DNA of 63,969 nt, the filler included, from Rhabdomonas costata (Eukaryota): the NCBI GenBank assembly GCA_019059605.1. It is 46 parts of 46 records of this genome, joined end to end, with 100 filler letters (N's around TTAATTAATTAA, not from the genome) between each part and the next. Parts side by side here need not be neighbours in the genome. Positions count along the whole stretch, not along the records: positions 12,543 to 13,835 come from JAHMHO010020372.1; positions 13,936 to 15,228 come from JAHMHO010020373.1; positions 15,329 to 16,620 come from JAHMHO010020374.1; positions 16,721 to 18,013 come from JAHMHO010020375.1; positions 18,114 to 19,406 come from JAHMHO010020376.1; positions 19,507 to 20,799 come from JAHMHO010020377.1; positions 20,900 to 22,190 come from JAHMHO010020378.1; positions 22,291 to 23,583 come from JAHMHO010020379.1; 38 more parts are not named here. One strand, given 5' to 3'. Every line of letters begins with the position of its first letter. Positions within the stretch are counted from its first letter, which is position 1. This document shows positions 12,620 through 25,166 of the stretch, piece by piece. The position numbers were made by a program, and so were the translations under genes. The notes beneath the pieces are model-generated. The model did no database searches and was not told the DNA's origin. It worked only from the letters and a program-made list of their open reading frames with translations.

Positions 12620-13643
12620 GTTACCAAGGAGAACCGAATGGCAGAGAGGGAGCTGGAGCTCGACACGAGCAGCGCTAGCGCCTTGTTGAGCCAGGGGCTG
12701 GAGAAGCTTCTCAAGGAGGTTTGGGCCCTTCTGCAATTTGGCTGTCTGCTGGTTTCCCAAAACTTCCTGCGATGCATTTCTGGGTCATGGTGGGTCTCCG
12801 GGTCACACTGCAGTGTGGGTTGACGGGAAGGGCTTCGGTTCTCCGGTACTGATGGACAAGCTCGGAGCTCTCCGCTGCGTGGGGCAAGAAGAACCTAACC
12901 AGCAACCAGCCGAGGGTGAAAGTTCAGGAAAACGTGACCGCATTGTTTCTGGATATGCTGTATATGCAAGGCCTGCTTTGGCTCAGCCCTCTTATTGGCG
13001 ATTATTAATGTAAAAATGTGATTGAAATGTGATTGGCAGCATCAGTTGGTTGGCGGGGGGGCTTGCAAGTCATGTCTTGTGTGTGTCTGCTCCCTTTTCG
13101 GGTTTTCTATTTCGCGCACCTCTCCTTGTAAAGGAAACCCCCCCGTTTCTCCCACTCCCAGGGTTTCGTGGCAGGGTTTCGTGGCGTTGTTTCATTCTCT
13201 GTATCTGTGTCGTGGACCATTGGACGATGGATTTGGATGTGATTGGATCCCTATGCCTTCTGCGTGTGTGTGTGTGTGGCTACTGAGTAGAACGTTACAG
13301 AGTTCCTCTGTGCTGTGCTGTGGTAAATCCGTGCGAGCCCATGTAGTTGTCCGCGCAGCCCTGTCGCCGATTCTTGAGGGAGGGGGGGTGTCCGTAGTGC
13401 ATGGAGTTTGTCCCCAAGAAGAGCACGGAGGCCTTTCGCACCGTGCGGTACGAGAACCTGAAGTACACCGCAACGATCTCTGCGAAGCATGACGAGATCG
13501 ACAGCGTGGGCAATCGCTTGCTGAACATCTTCTGGTTCTGGCGGGGCTTTCGGAGGACGGACCGGGTGGTTCTCCATGATCTCACCGGGACCCTGCGTCC
13601 GGGGAGGGGGACGCTAATACTCGGCCCCCCCAAGTCCGGCAAG
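12620..13643 (+). CDS. ABCG/PDR-type transporter N-terminal region, exons 12620-12718 and 13398-13643
   Basis: TVRYENLKY...VVLHDLTGTLRPGRGTLILGPPKSGK (PDR NBD1 Walker A context); phase-0 GT-AG intron. Confidence 0.88.
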
Positions 13644-14175
13644 GTTGGAGCGCGCGCCGCACGGTGTCGTACTGCGTGGGGGTGGCTGATGTCTTATTTC
13701 TCGATGGAACAATAGATGCCAAATTGGATTGGTACACCAGGGGGCTTGTGTGCGTATTTCTGGTTTGTGTGTGCGTGTGCTTGTGCGTGTGTGTTCGTCA
13801 TCGGTCATAAGTCCCGAGGGGGACACCAACCCCCCNNNNNNNNNNNNNNNNNNNNNNNNNNNNNNNNNNNNNNNNNNNNTTAATTAATTAANNNNNNNNN
13901 NNNNNNNNNNNNNNNNNNNNNNNNNNNNNNNNNNNGTGTGTGGTGTTATGGAAAGTCATTCATGGAGGTTTGGGGGAACCGGTGAGTGCAAGATTTGATA
14001 GCAGAATAATTACCATTTTTTCCAGTCTTTTTTAGCAATCTGTTTTGAAGAGTTTTCCGCAAGGGTGCTGGCATACCGGTTGTTCAGAACGCTGCTCTCT
14101 CTCTCTCTCTCCTGCTGTGCTGTGCTGTTTATATGTGTTTCTGGCGATGTGCGGGATGGTGGTGGGGTGGAACAG

Positions 14176-15199
14176 GGTCTGCTGGACCCCCTGGAGGTCC
14201 ACCTGCTGGACTTCCCGAACATCGTCATCAAGGGTAGCGAGTTGCAGCTGCCCTTCCAGGCCTGCCTGAAGATTGAGAAGCTGGGGGACCTCATCCTCAA
14301 GGCCACGGAGCCGCAGATGGTTGCCTAATAACACTCACTCCCAATTCATCAAGACTGCCTTTTTCTTGGAGACAGAAAAATACCCTCTTGATCAGACACG
14401 CCAGCTGGCGAAGAGATTGGTCCATGCGGAAGACAGCTTACTCCACATCTGTTGGCGCGGGATGCGCGGGCACACAACAACCACTCTGTTCGTTTGTGCG
14501 TGCTGTGCTGTGTGGTCTTCTGGCATCTGGGAGGTAACACGGGCTTGTCATTCGCTTTTTTAAGATCACCTGAATCCCCGTGGAAAGTCCGACGATGATT
14601 CAGACGCATTCACTCTTTCTCGCGGGGGTTCTCAGGTGCTGTTCAATCTATACGACGACTGGCTCAAGTCGATTTCCAGCTACACTGCGTTCTCGCGGCT
14701 GATCCTGATCCTCCGCAGCCTCTTCGTGAACTTCGAGCGCACCAAGCAGATCCTCAAGCCCGACAAGAATACCGTCACCCTGCAGGCAAAAACACACCCG
14801 CACGTCCATGCACTCGCACAGTACAACCACTCCATCCCATGTTTCTCTTTTGTGGTGATTTCGAACCACAAAGGGGAGCCACGAAGCGCCCCAAGGGAAA
14901 CGGTGGCCTTTGGCCGCACAGTCAGATTTTGCTGGAAATTGGCCTCAACCCACAGCAGATGACAAGAGTTAAGCTCAACACGGCATCGGTGTGGATGTGA
15001 CTCGCGTGTGTGCGTTGTGGGGGTGGATGGCGGTGGTCCTAAGGATCGGCGTGTGGTGGAATGTGCGAGGCATGGGGGATGGGGGATGCAGCACCACATC
15101 TGGCCCTCGCTGAGCGAGGACGACTGGATGAAGGTGGAGGTGGCACTGAAGGACCTGATCCTCGCGGACTATGGCAAGAAGAATAACGTCAACGTGGCC
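14176..15199 (+). CDS. PRP8: Pre-mRNA splicing factor PRP8 (RNase H-like region), exons 14176-14319, 14636-14785, 15092-~15199
   Basis: [75 protein letters not shown]...[41 protein letters not shown] is near-invariant PRP8 sequence. Confidence 0.98.
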
Positions 15200-16939
15200 A
15201 GATGTGGTGCTGCATCCCCCACCCCAACNNNNNNNNNNNNNNNNNNNNNNNNNNNNNNNNNNNNNNNNNNNNTTAATTAATTAANNNNNNNNNNNNNNNN
15301 NNNNNNNNNNNNNNNNNNNNNNNNNNNNTGTTTTGCTTGAACAGTTTTTCTCTTATTTTTGTTATGGGTTCCATGATGAGCACATCCAGATGCGATGCAG
15401 GCGTTTTTTTGTGTGCGTATGCGTGTGTGGATACAGGACGAGACCAGGCTCATCCTCAGAGAAGCAAAAGGTTTGTGACCTTGGTCCGAGAAAGTCGACA
15501 GCATCACGCTCTTTCCCTCTCTTTTCTCCTGACTGAAAGTATGTATGAATGATATCGAATGAGTAACGTTGGGAAAACGAAAAAGGCGTCGATCGGATCA
15601 GTTCAGGAGATACCACATGACATGTTTATGAACTGTCAAGTGCTATCAAAACCGCGCTTGACCTTTTCGGTTTGGAGCGATGAAACGAAGCTTACTGGTT
15701 GCGTGGTCGTCAGAGCAGCGGGTTGTTGGGCATCAGAAAGAACTCCTTGCTTTTCTGCTTTCCCAGTGTTGTGTGATCTGAGGAGTTGACTGAGAAGGTT
15801 GATTTTTAACTGTGTTATTCCGCATGTTATTTTGATACCTGTACTTGGTGAAAACCCGTCTTGATGGCAAAAACGACCATAGTGGCAGGGTTGATCAGAG
15901 CCAGTGGTTGTTGTTTTCGTTAAGTTCCTATTCCCTGCCAGCCGGAAAAAATGAAGAACCTGCAAGAATTCCCACTCACTGATCCGCGACCCGTTTCAAT
16001 TTTTCTGAATAAGAGAGCTGCTTGCTGGGGGCTGTTCTTCGCCTGTCTTTTATCTTATAGGTTCCTGGTGAGCCCCCTGGTGTGGTCTCTTCCAACGGAC
16101 CGCCTTTCACCCTTACCTTGGCATCCTCAGGGGCAAAGCCTGGCCCCAGGGTTGCCCGTCCTGCAGTGCCCCCCGCCCTGGAGGGTCTGCTAAAGGTGCC
16201 GATAATTGAGCGAATGAGCGAGTAATTGAGCGTGTGCTTTCTCCTGGTTGCCACCTCCCCATGACGTGTGACGAACTTCTGCTTGATTTTTTTTTTAGAC
16301 CATTGGGAATCGGCTGGTACTGACAGAACCACATTGATTGGATGATCGTTATGGGATAGGGTGCTCACGAATTCGCTTTGTTTTTGCACAACTTCAGCTG
16401 GTCGCATGTCTGAGAGTGTTATGAATGCGAGGGGAACGAACATGGGACGATCTCGTAGGAAGAATGAGTATGAGTTAGTCGAATCTTTTGCAAAAGTGCG
16501 TTGCATGACGCTCGACAACGCGTGCTTGAGACTCTTTGTTTCCCGCAGAATCGCCGGTGTAGCGGAGGAGCGGCTGAGAGGAGGCCCCCAAAACTCCGTT
16601 GAAAAATTAAACAAAACCCCNNNNNNNNNNNNNNNNNNNNNNNNNNNNNNNNNNNNNNNNNNNNTTAATTAATTAANNNNNNNNNNNNNNNNNNNNNNNN
16701 NNNNNNNNNNNNNNNNNNNNGGGGGGTTGGGGCTTTCGCGCGTTGCTTCGATGAGATGGCCTCCATAGAGGTTATGGTGCTCGATGTCTTCATTGCGTTG
16801 TGTAGAGACGAAGCGGGTAAGTGGTCTAGTCAAAGTTGTCTTTTGCAAAAAAAAATTTTTGCCCGCGTCCGCCTTCTGTCTATCTAATTGTGCGGTTTAA
16901 CGCTTAGATTCTGAAGGGGGTCTTCCGATTTTTTTCCAG

Positions 16940-17858
16940 GTGATGACCGCACTTTGCAACAGGTCTGCCTCCCCTCCCCCCCGCGGAGTGATGGAGTGAT
17001 TTAAAGATTTTCCAGTTTGGTTTCTTGTTTCTACCCAACGCATTTTGTGTTAAGCCATGTGCACTAGGTTTGCAGAGGGAGTATAGCGTCTTGGGCCCCT
17101 TGGGTCTCCGCCGATCCGCGAGGCAGCACTCGTCACGCCGAGTCAACTACTTTTTTTCTCATCACTACAGGCTGGCAGCCAACCTCACTCCAGAGCTCGT
17201 CGAAGGCTGCAGTCGCCCTGTGTGCAGCTCCGCAGAGGGCCCCATGGGCTCTTCCACCGATGGCACACAGCAGGTGCACGCAATGTTTTGTTTCGGAGGC
17301 AGAGTTCTGGTTTTCGCTTGACTGGTTTTGGCTTGGAGCGTTTCCCTTCATGTTGATTTGGTCACGGGCGCCCGCTCTTCAAATTTTCTCGTTGGATTGG
17401 TCCCTCTGGTATTCAAAGGCTGTCGCTTGGCAACCGTTGCACACCTGCGCCATTTCTTGGGCGTCTAGGGAGCCCCCACGTTGGCGGGCGGTAACTTTGC
17501 TCTGGTGCTGGAGGAAGGTGGTCGTCCTTTGTACCGCTTTGACGACTTCATTGAGGCCTTGCTTGGGGCTGGTCACCAGGTTTGGTTCTGTTGTCACGCC
17601 TTGCCGCAACATCCCGCAGGAATCCCGAAAATACAGAAAATACGAAAACCTTTGAAGGTCAAAAAAAAACAACAAAAACTAATGACTTGTCCTTTGTTGT
17701 CGCTGCCTATTACTTGGCTCCCATTTTTCTCCTAGTCTGCTTTTAAAAAGGTGACCTGCAAGGTGATGCACCACGCCGCTGTTTTCGGGATCGGCCTCTG
17801 TGTGCGTCAGCCAGACGCCACCTTTGCCAACATTCCCGTGGCCTGCTTTCAACAACTG
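16940..17858 (+). CDS. Multi-exon hypothetical protein (16940-16962, 17171-17273, 17469-17579, 17751-17858)
   Basis: Four AG/GT-bounded, phase-compatible segments; no family recognised. Confidence 0.5.
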
Positions 17859-19933
17859 GTCAGCGTCGCTTTTGCTCCGTTTGCGCTTCCCCCCTTTTTT
17901 TTCGCTTCTATCGATGAGTGTTGTTTTCGTACTTGTAGTAGAGGTGGACACGAGATAACAATTTCCAATCCTCAACCAACGGTGCGACAAAAATTCCTGC
18001 TCACCACAAACACNNNNNNNNNNNNNNNNNNNNNNNNNNNNNNNNNNNNNNNNNNNNTTAATTAATTAANNNNNNNNNNNNNNNNNNNNNNNNNNNNNNN
18101 NNNNNNNNNNNNNTTGGCAGCAGACAAACTGCAAACGGCCTTTTTATGGTGGTTCTCATAGTATTTGCAAAACCAAAGCAGTGGTAAGGTGGTATTTTTT
18201 GCAGCTGGTTGGCGGGCAACGTGCGCCGCTCTGTCTGCTTTGAGGACGCCCGATAGACCGTTAATATTTTATCATTGTTTACGCGTGGCGAAACGAAGAA
18301 TACTGATGAGGCCCATTACAAGGTAAGCTTAGTTCACTGGTGACCATTGTTGCAACGTCACGCCTGCCTTAGCGGAAGTAGGCAATGGATACGTGTATGG
18401 ATCTATGCAGTAACCATGTGTGGATGATTCCGTGGCATCACATATTTTTAGTGCTGTTGACTTGTGTAATGTGAAGCTATTGTGCACATCATCAACATGC
18501 AACACACTCATCTCAGTTTATCACCTGTTTACAACCCACCTTCACCTCATTTGTGAATAACAAACTAACTAGACTCTACTCTACATAAGTTTCTTTCCAC
18601 CAACGCATGAAAATACTTACGTCACACCATGGAGTTGGTAGAAGATTTCCTGTGAATTCTGGATACAATATTCCACTACACTGTGGCATACTGTGGCTTG
18701 TGATTGTCAGAACTTTAGTCAAATGATACAAGTGGGCTTCAACCCACGATGATTTCGCCAAAATTGGCTACGATCTTTCACGTCACGACTTTTGAAAACA
18801 TGTGAAATGATGCCATATGTAGGGTTGGTGAACCTGAAGACAAATTGCATAATATTGCCTACAAATCTCTGTCGTCTGCTATATAGTATCTATGCAGCTA
18901 TTGGTGCTCTGAACGCGCAAAAAAGTCGATACAAGGAGTTACTAACAAATTGCAGTACACTACTGGTAAAATTGCAGGTTCTAAGTTCACTTCCTCTTAT
19001 GGCTCAAAATCTTGACATGTAACATTTTCTGCAATTCTGCGCAACATTAACTCTCCATAAATATCAATTGGGAGTCCTGTTCATACGTAAAGTTCTGTGG
19101 AGAATCATCAAAATATACTTGCAGCGTTTCAATCGATCCATCTTGAGGCCCTGGTTTAACAAGCTGCACAAAACTTCTGTAGACATTTTCCTTCAACTCT
19201 CTGAAACGCTCTGCAATTTTTTCTCCAAAAGATCTGGCTTCGGCGAATTTTACACCACTTGCTCATGCACGTACGGCATTTTCCAGTACTACTACTTAAA
19301 AAATTGTTCTTTGACTTCGTGGTTCCATTTTGCTTCTTCAACATCCGCACTTCATTCCCTCTAATATGAATTTCAAATAAAATAACACAGCTGAAGTAAA
19401 ACCCACNNNNNNNNNNNNNNNNNNNNNNNNNNNNNNNNNNNNNNNNNNNNTTAATTAATTAANNNNNNNNNNNNNNNNNNNNNNNNNNNNNNNNNNNNNN
19501 NNNNNNTTTTGTGGGGGCCTTTGTGTGCCTCTGTTTTAGGGAGAGGCGTGGCTCCTCCTCCTCCTCCGGGTATGCCTGTTTTTTGAAATGATTGGTTAAA
19601 TTTCAGTGCTGAAGTAGTCAAAATGAAAAAGGCCCAAAACGGATCCAAGAAAGACCCTTCACAATGCCACAATAAATTGCTGGAAGGTATTTAGAAACTG
19701 GGATGCTGACAGTAAACTCAACACAGGAGTGCTGCCACACTATATGAGTGGGCTCCAACCATTCATGCTCAAGGTGTGATACCCGTGCTAGGTCCTCCAG
19801 ACCCGGCTCCCTCCGACACTATATCAAGGCACCAGGGGAAGTTAAAAAACCCTTGTCAGATCCTGCTCCAGCTCCGATGCGCGCGCACACACACATACGC
19901 ACACGCACACGCGGGCGCGCCTGTGGGTTGCAG

Positions 19934-20080
19934 ATGAGCTGTGTGCTGGAACGAGTTGAGGCCGCCCTGAAGCTCGAGAACGGGGGCTCCCACGGGCTGC
20001 TGGGTTCGGAGGAGCTCGCGGAGCTCAGCGCAGTGTGCCAGAACGCGTTGACCGACCAGCAGACCGCCCTGGACATTCTG
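19934..20080 (+). CDS. Single exon of an unknown helical protein
   Basis: CAG|MSCVLERVEAALKLENGG...QQTALDIL|GT with GC-rich codons, flanked by (GT)n/(CA)n intron-like sequence. Confidence 0.55.
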
Positions 20081-22704
20081 GTGTGTAGTTGTGTGGTTTG
20101 TATGTGCGTAGTCACCGTTGTGCGCGCCTGCTCCCCCCCCTGTTTGCGATGCGTGTGTTTGCTCGCGCAAATGAACCTGCTAGTTCGCCATGTGTCAGAT
20201 GTACTAACTAGAAGGCAGTTAGACCCTCAACTGTACATCCCCAGCGGGGAAAGATCGGCTGGATCCGGGGAACTGGAGACTACCTTACATGGAAATAGGT
20301 TCTTCGAGGTCTTGTGTGCTATATATGTAGTATGTGTGCGTGTGTGAAAAGTGAAGCCTTTTGAAGATTTGCAAAGGCCATAGAGAGCAGCAGATAAGGA
20401 TCCAAAGATCCCGAAGTCCCGTGCCAAGCGAAGAGCGCCAGGGACGGCGCCTGGTTGGGTTCTCCGAGGTTAGAAGGCGACCTGAGAATTCCAGTCAGAC
20501 GAGGAGAGACGAGGACTGAGCGATAAGCAGACGGGGCGCGGAGGGTTGGAGCTTCTAGATCCTCGGTTTAATGCGCCATTGAGGTTCTCCGCACAGCAGC
20601 AGAGGGGTGATCCGTACCCCAAAGGCGTTCAGGCAGCGGGAGAGGATTTGAAATCCCGCTGGAGGCAGAAAAGACCTCCGCCAGAACAATGCCTTGTGCA
20701 GGTAGTGCGTGAACATCTCTCCTGTGGTTTGCTCAGCACATGGTGCTCAGCAGCGAGGGGATGAAGCTGAGCACGATGACCCTGTCACCCCCCCCCACCN
20801 NNNNNNNNNNNNNNNNNNNNNNNNNNNNNNNNNNNNNNNNNNNTTAATTAATTAANNNNNNNNNNNNNNNNNNNNNNNNNNNNNNNNNNNNNNNNNNNNC
20901 ACATCCACCGTGCTGCGGGCGGGAGTGGGGGAGGGGATCTTCTGCTCTCCTGCTCTTGATTATCATCCTCATGATCTTCTCTTCATTCTCTTTTCACTGG
21001 TTTTTTTGCTTGTCCTCAAGCGCGTCATTGCGTTCTTTGTAAACCTCCCCGAGCCCAAATTCTCTCTGTGTGTGAATAGTTCAGTCCTTGTTGTGACACC
21101 CACCCTTTCTTCTTTTTTGCCTCTAGTTTTCTGCCGCAGTGGCGCTTTTGTGGTTTGTGACTGTGAGCACTTCAACATTTTTTCAGGAGAACGCGTTCTC
21201 CTGAGTTAAATGTTATCAAATTGAGACATGAATATTTAAGAATGATTCCGTGCCCAGCTCAGGAATCAGTCAGCTGAGTGATTACCCGTCCCACCTTCAT
21301 GCCCACTTCAGCAGAAAAAACACAATAATCAAACCTAAAAGCCAGGGAAAACCTATTTGGGCGCCGGAAGAAAAGCCAAACAGGGAGCAAACTCTTGACA
21401 TGCATTTTCAGCTTCACTTGTAATGGTGAGAAAAAGTTCTTTGCAGGCTGCTGCTGAAGCAGTAAACATTCCCAATTGCTACAAGCATAATCACACGTGC
21501 TAGGGTGCCCACAAAATACACGGCCTGACACTCTACAATCGTAATATTATGGTATTGGGCGAATGTTCCTATTTCTTAGCTTTTCTTCAGCCCTCCCAAA
21601 GGGATTGGAGCACACCGAAACGAGCCACGGCTCGGGGCGAGGCCGGTGGTGCCGCCACAGTCCAGATCCAAGCTCAGCGAACGCACTGAGTCGGCGTTGA
21701 TTACCAGCACCAGAATGGCGCCACGGCGACGCACGGTGCACAGCCAGGTCTGATCGAAAATCTGCTTGAGGTTCCGCTCCTCCCCGGCCACAGACAGCTG
21801 CAGCCCCAGCAGTAGGGCCTGCAGGCAAGTCGTGTATATGTGGGCTGGGCTGGATGTTGATGAACCCCATCCCCTATCAATACTTCCGAGGTGCGCATAT
21901 GCGCATGTTCCCGGTCTCTGTTAGTTAATGTAACGTACATCGCAGCATGTAACGTACATCGCAGATGACAAAGGCTTTCTTTCACGGGAGTACTGCAAAG
22001 TGCCCTTTCTCCATATTTCTGGGACATCCTGAGTCTCTGAGGGAGTGAACCATGTGAGGATGTGTCTGGCTGAATGAACCGGGTGCTAGACATTTTGAAA
22101 TGCACGCATCACAGAACACTAATCCAGGGAACATGCGCATATGCGCACCTCGGAAGTATTGATAGGGGATGGGGTTCATCAACACCCACCNNNNNNNNNN
22201 NNNNNNNNNNNNNNNNNNNNNNNNNNNNNNNNNNTTAATTAATTAANNNNNNNNNNNNNNNNNNNNNNNNNNNNNNNNNNNNNNNNNNNNGTGAGGATAC
22301 AAATTGAAACTACCATATTTCAGAGTGGATGTGTCGACCACAATTAGGGTGGGGTGATGTCTAATTTGTTGATAAAAATGGAAGGTTGCTTGCGTTTATG
22401 TCCATGTTGGTCGTATGTCATCCTATTTTGTGCTCCGCGGAATTATTCTCATTTAAGGGCGCTTCGGCTTGCTTCTCTTTGCGTCTCTTCGGGTATAATC
22501 AATACACTTGTCTATACTGCACTAGAAAGCACCAAAAGCTCCACAAAGAACAAAGATCAACTCTAGCAATAGAACTTCGCGCCTAGTTGTGATGCACGCG
22601 ACTGCCTGGTGAGTGTGTCAGTGTGTTGGATTCGAACAGCAAAATATGACGTTGTGCGCGTATGCACGTTCTTGCAAACCTCTCGGCACGTGTTCTCGTT
22701 TCAG

Positions 22705-23458
22705 GTTCGAGCTCTGCAGCGGCGGTGGGAGGCCTGCCAGCGGGAGCTTGACACCCTGGGGTGGGCCCTGCCCGCCGACCCACCCTCCGCAGCCGCCCCC
22801 TCCTCCTCTGGAGGGGACCCCAGGTTGGCTGCCCGTGAGTCTCTTCGGAGGGCTTTGCTGGAGGCAATGCCGCCAAGGTGCACCATAAGATGATCACCCC
22901 TCCTTGCCTGCTTTCGCGATGTGCACAATTCGAGTGATGGTGGCTTCCTCCTTTTGGGCCGCCGACCCCTTGGTAATGTGATTTGGTCCGCTGGTGTACA
23001 CAACGCACACAGGGGTGGGGTGAGGATTTAGCTGGCCACTGACTACTAATCCAAACTTAACTAACTTAGTCCACCACCCTTTTCAATCTATGAAGTCTTA
23101 TTAAGCTGTAAGAAAATTTTGATAAACGAAATTGCTATTTTGCGTGGAGAAAAACACAACACCCCACCTCGTTGTCGATCCGACGGAATAGTAGTACCAT
23201 AGCAGGTCCCCAGCACAACCACCACCTCTGCACTTCCATGAGCATTTTGTTTGCTTGCTCAGTTCGATCCAGGAGGGTGAACGGGAGGACCCGACGGAGG
23301 AGCAGCGTGCTGAGGTAGTGGCCGCAGAGCTGGAACAGCACCTTCACCAGGCCTGCAGAGCCAGCCGGGAAGCCTACCAGGCTAGGCTGCGCACCCTGCG
23401 CTTCAACCTGCCCACCGTGGGGCCGCGCCTCCTGCAGGGAGAGCTCACTCCGGAACAG
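22705..23458 (+). CDS. TFIIS central-domain (TFIIS_M) protein, exons 22705-22877 and 23263-23458
   Basis: RESLRRALLEA...AEVVAAELEQHLHQ...YQARLRTLRFNL...RLLQGELTPEQ; phase-2 GT-AG intron. Confidence 0.8.
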
Positions 23459-23721
23459 GTGAGGTCCTTGTGCCGCTCACCCCAACTTGTGCATTGGAAC
23501 TCCCAAAGGCTTTCTGGCACTCACATGACCTCGGGATTTCAGGTTTCTGCAATTCTGCAATTCTGCACCCACTCCCCCCAACANNNNNNNNNNNNNNNNN
23601 NNNNNNNNNNNNNNNNNNNNNNNNNNNTTAATTAATTAANNNNNNNNNNNNNNNNNNNNNNNNNNNNNNNNNNNNNNNNNNNNACCGTGATATGGATGTC
23701 TCTGAGTCTGTTATTTATTAA

Positions 23722-24053
23722 GGTAAGTTACACCCAGAAACTCAGAAAATGGTATGTGACGGTTTTCCATTCGAAGTCTTTTCAGCCTATAGGAATGCGC
23801 TGTCCGGGGACATGTTATGCGATGAACCCGGACTGTTTTCTTGACGGGGAACCTAAAACGCAGTTAGACTTGGGATGCTGCGAAGAGAGTACTGCGCCTT
23901 CGCCTTTTTTCCGGGTGATTCCGTGAGTGTATTGATCTTTTGAAGCGAATTGTCAATTCTCTAACCGGCTGTTTGTTGAGAAGGTAGGTAAAGATAGGGT
24001 TTAGAAACAGCCATGTGGTATGGCGCAGTTCTGAGTTTACGATGTAACGTACT
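23722..24053 (+). mobile_element. Dispersed ~330-bp element with short terminal inverted repeats (copy 1)
   Basis: Colinear similarity to 39623-39947; ends gtaagttaca...tgtaacgtac (9 of 10 inverted match). Confidence 0.7.
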
Positions 24054-24343
24054 TTTATATGCCCGCTGAGGCAGTTATTGTTCCCAACCGGGCACCTGCT
24101 GGCTCCCTAAGTTTCACATGGGAACCCCTGGGTTGGGGTGGGGCCTTCGCTGGCACAATGTTCCCTAAGTAATGCCAATGTGGCAGGTTTATGGATTCGA
24201 GCCAAATTTCGGATTTAATTGTGGATTCGAAAAAACCATACCAGTGTTTACCTAGTTTTGAGGCCACCACAGGAACCGGGCATCTGGTTGCCCTCTCCCT
24301 CCACCCTCACCCCACACCCCACGCGCGCTTCTTTGATTGGCAG

Positions 24344-24752
24344 GTGATGGTCAAGTTTGCCTCGGAGCAGAGTCTGAAGATTGCCCTCTCTCGGGACCGC
24401 CAGATTATGGGAGGACGTTTCATTGAGGTCCAGAGTCTTGGGAGGGAGGGGAAGTGCCCTTCTTGCTGCTGTTCTTTCTTGGCCCACCTTAATGGGACTG
24501 CTGTGCTTCTGTGGAAAATGCGTGGAGTCAAAAAGAGGGGTCCCACACACCCACCACCCTCGTAATTGTCCTTGAGCAGAATAAATGGGGGACAGGGTGC
24601 GTGCTATAGTATTTCACGGACTGACGGGAAATGCGGTGGTTTTGGGTCAGTTCAGTCGAATGGTCCAAGCTATGTTTTCCCTTCAGTGGGTTGCTGTTCT
24701 TTTTGTGTTTCTGATGATTTTTGTTGCTCAGGTGTTTCGTGTCTCCTTATGA
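24344..24752 (+). CDS. hnRNP F/H-like quasi-RRM protein, last exons 24344-24427 and 24732-24752
   Basis: VMVKFASEQSLKIALSRDRQIMGGRFIE|VFRVSL* fits the qRRM signature ALxKDRxxMGxRYIEVF. Confidence 0.8.
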
Positions 24753-25166
24753 GATGGTACCCGAGACGCGGAGTCCTGCTATTAAGGTTGTCTCGACAGA
24801 GACACTGCTGCTGCTGCTCTTACTACTACCGTGTTCAAACCAGTTGCTGTACCCTCCTGTGCAGTGAAAGTGCAATTTTGTGCGTATGTCCACGCCGTGT
24901 CGTCGAACATGCTTCCAAAATGAAATGCCATAGATTCAATGAAGCGCACTGTTAACCCACACAACTCAAAACAAAANNNNNNNNNNNNNNNNNNNNNNNN
25001 NNNNNNNNNNNNNNNNNNNNTTAATTAATTAANNNNNNNNNNNNNNNNNNNNNNNNNNNNNNNNNNNNNNNNNNNNTTTTGTTGGGTCTCTTTCAGAACA
25101 GTTCGTGTGGCCCTGTGGCGCAGGTTTCTTTCTTCTAGAGTCTATGCCCTCATCCTTTGTGCACAG

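Noticed and set aside
15196..15228. Apparent non-GT donor after PRP8 NVNVA
   Set aside because: 15196-15221 is an exact inverted copy of 15080-15105 at the contig end, so it is a fold-back chimera and not intron sequence.
18205..18321. Possible TAG readthrough (FEDAR*TVNIL) implying an alternative genetic code
   Set aside because: Another frame is open, no conserved gene here has in-frame stops, and the stops in the gypsy fragment come with frameshifts (decay).
21854..22184. 58-bp perfect inverted repeats resembling a MITE
   Set aside because: The right arm runs directly into the primer-like contig end, matching the chimera pattern.
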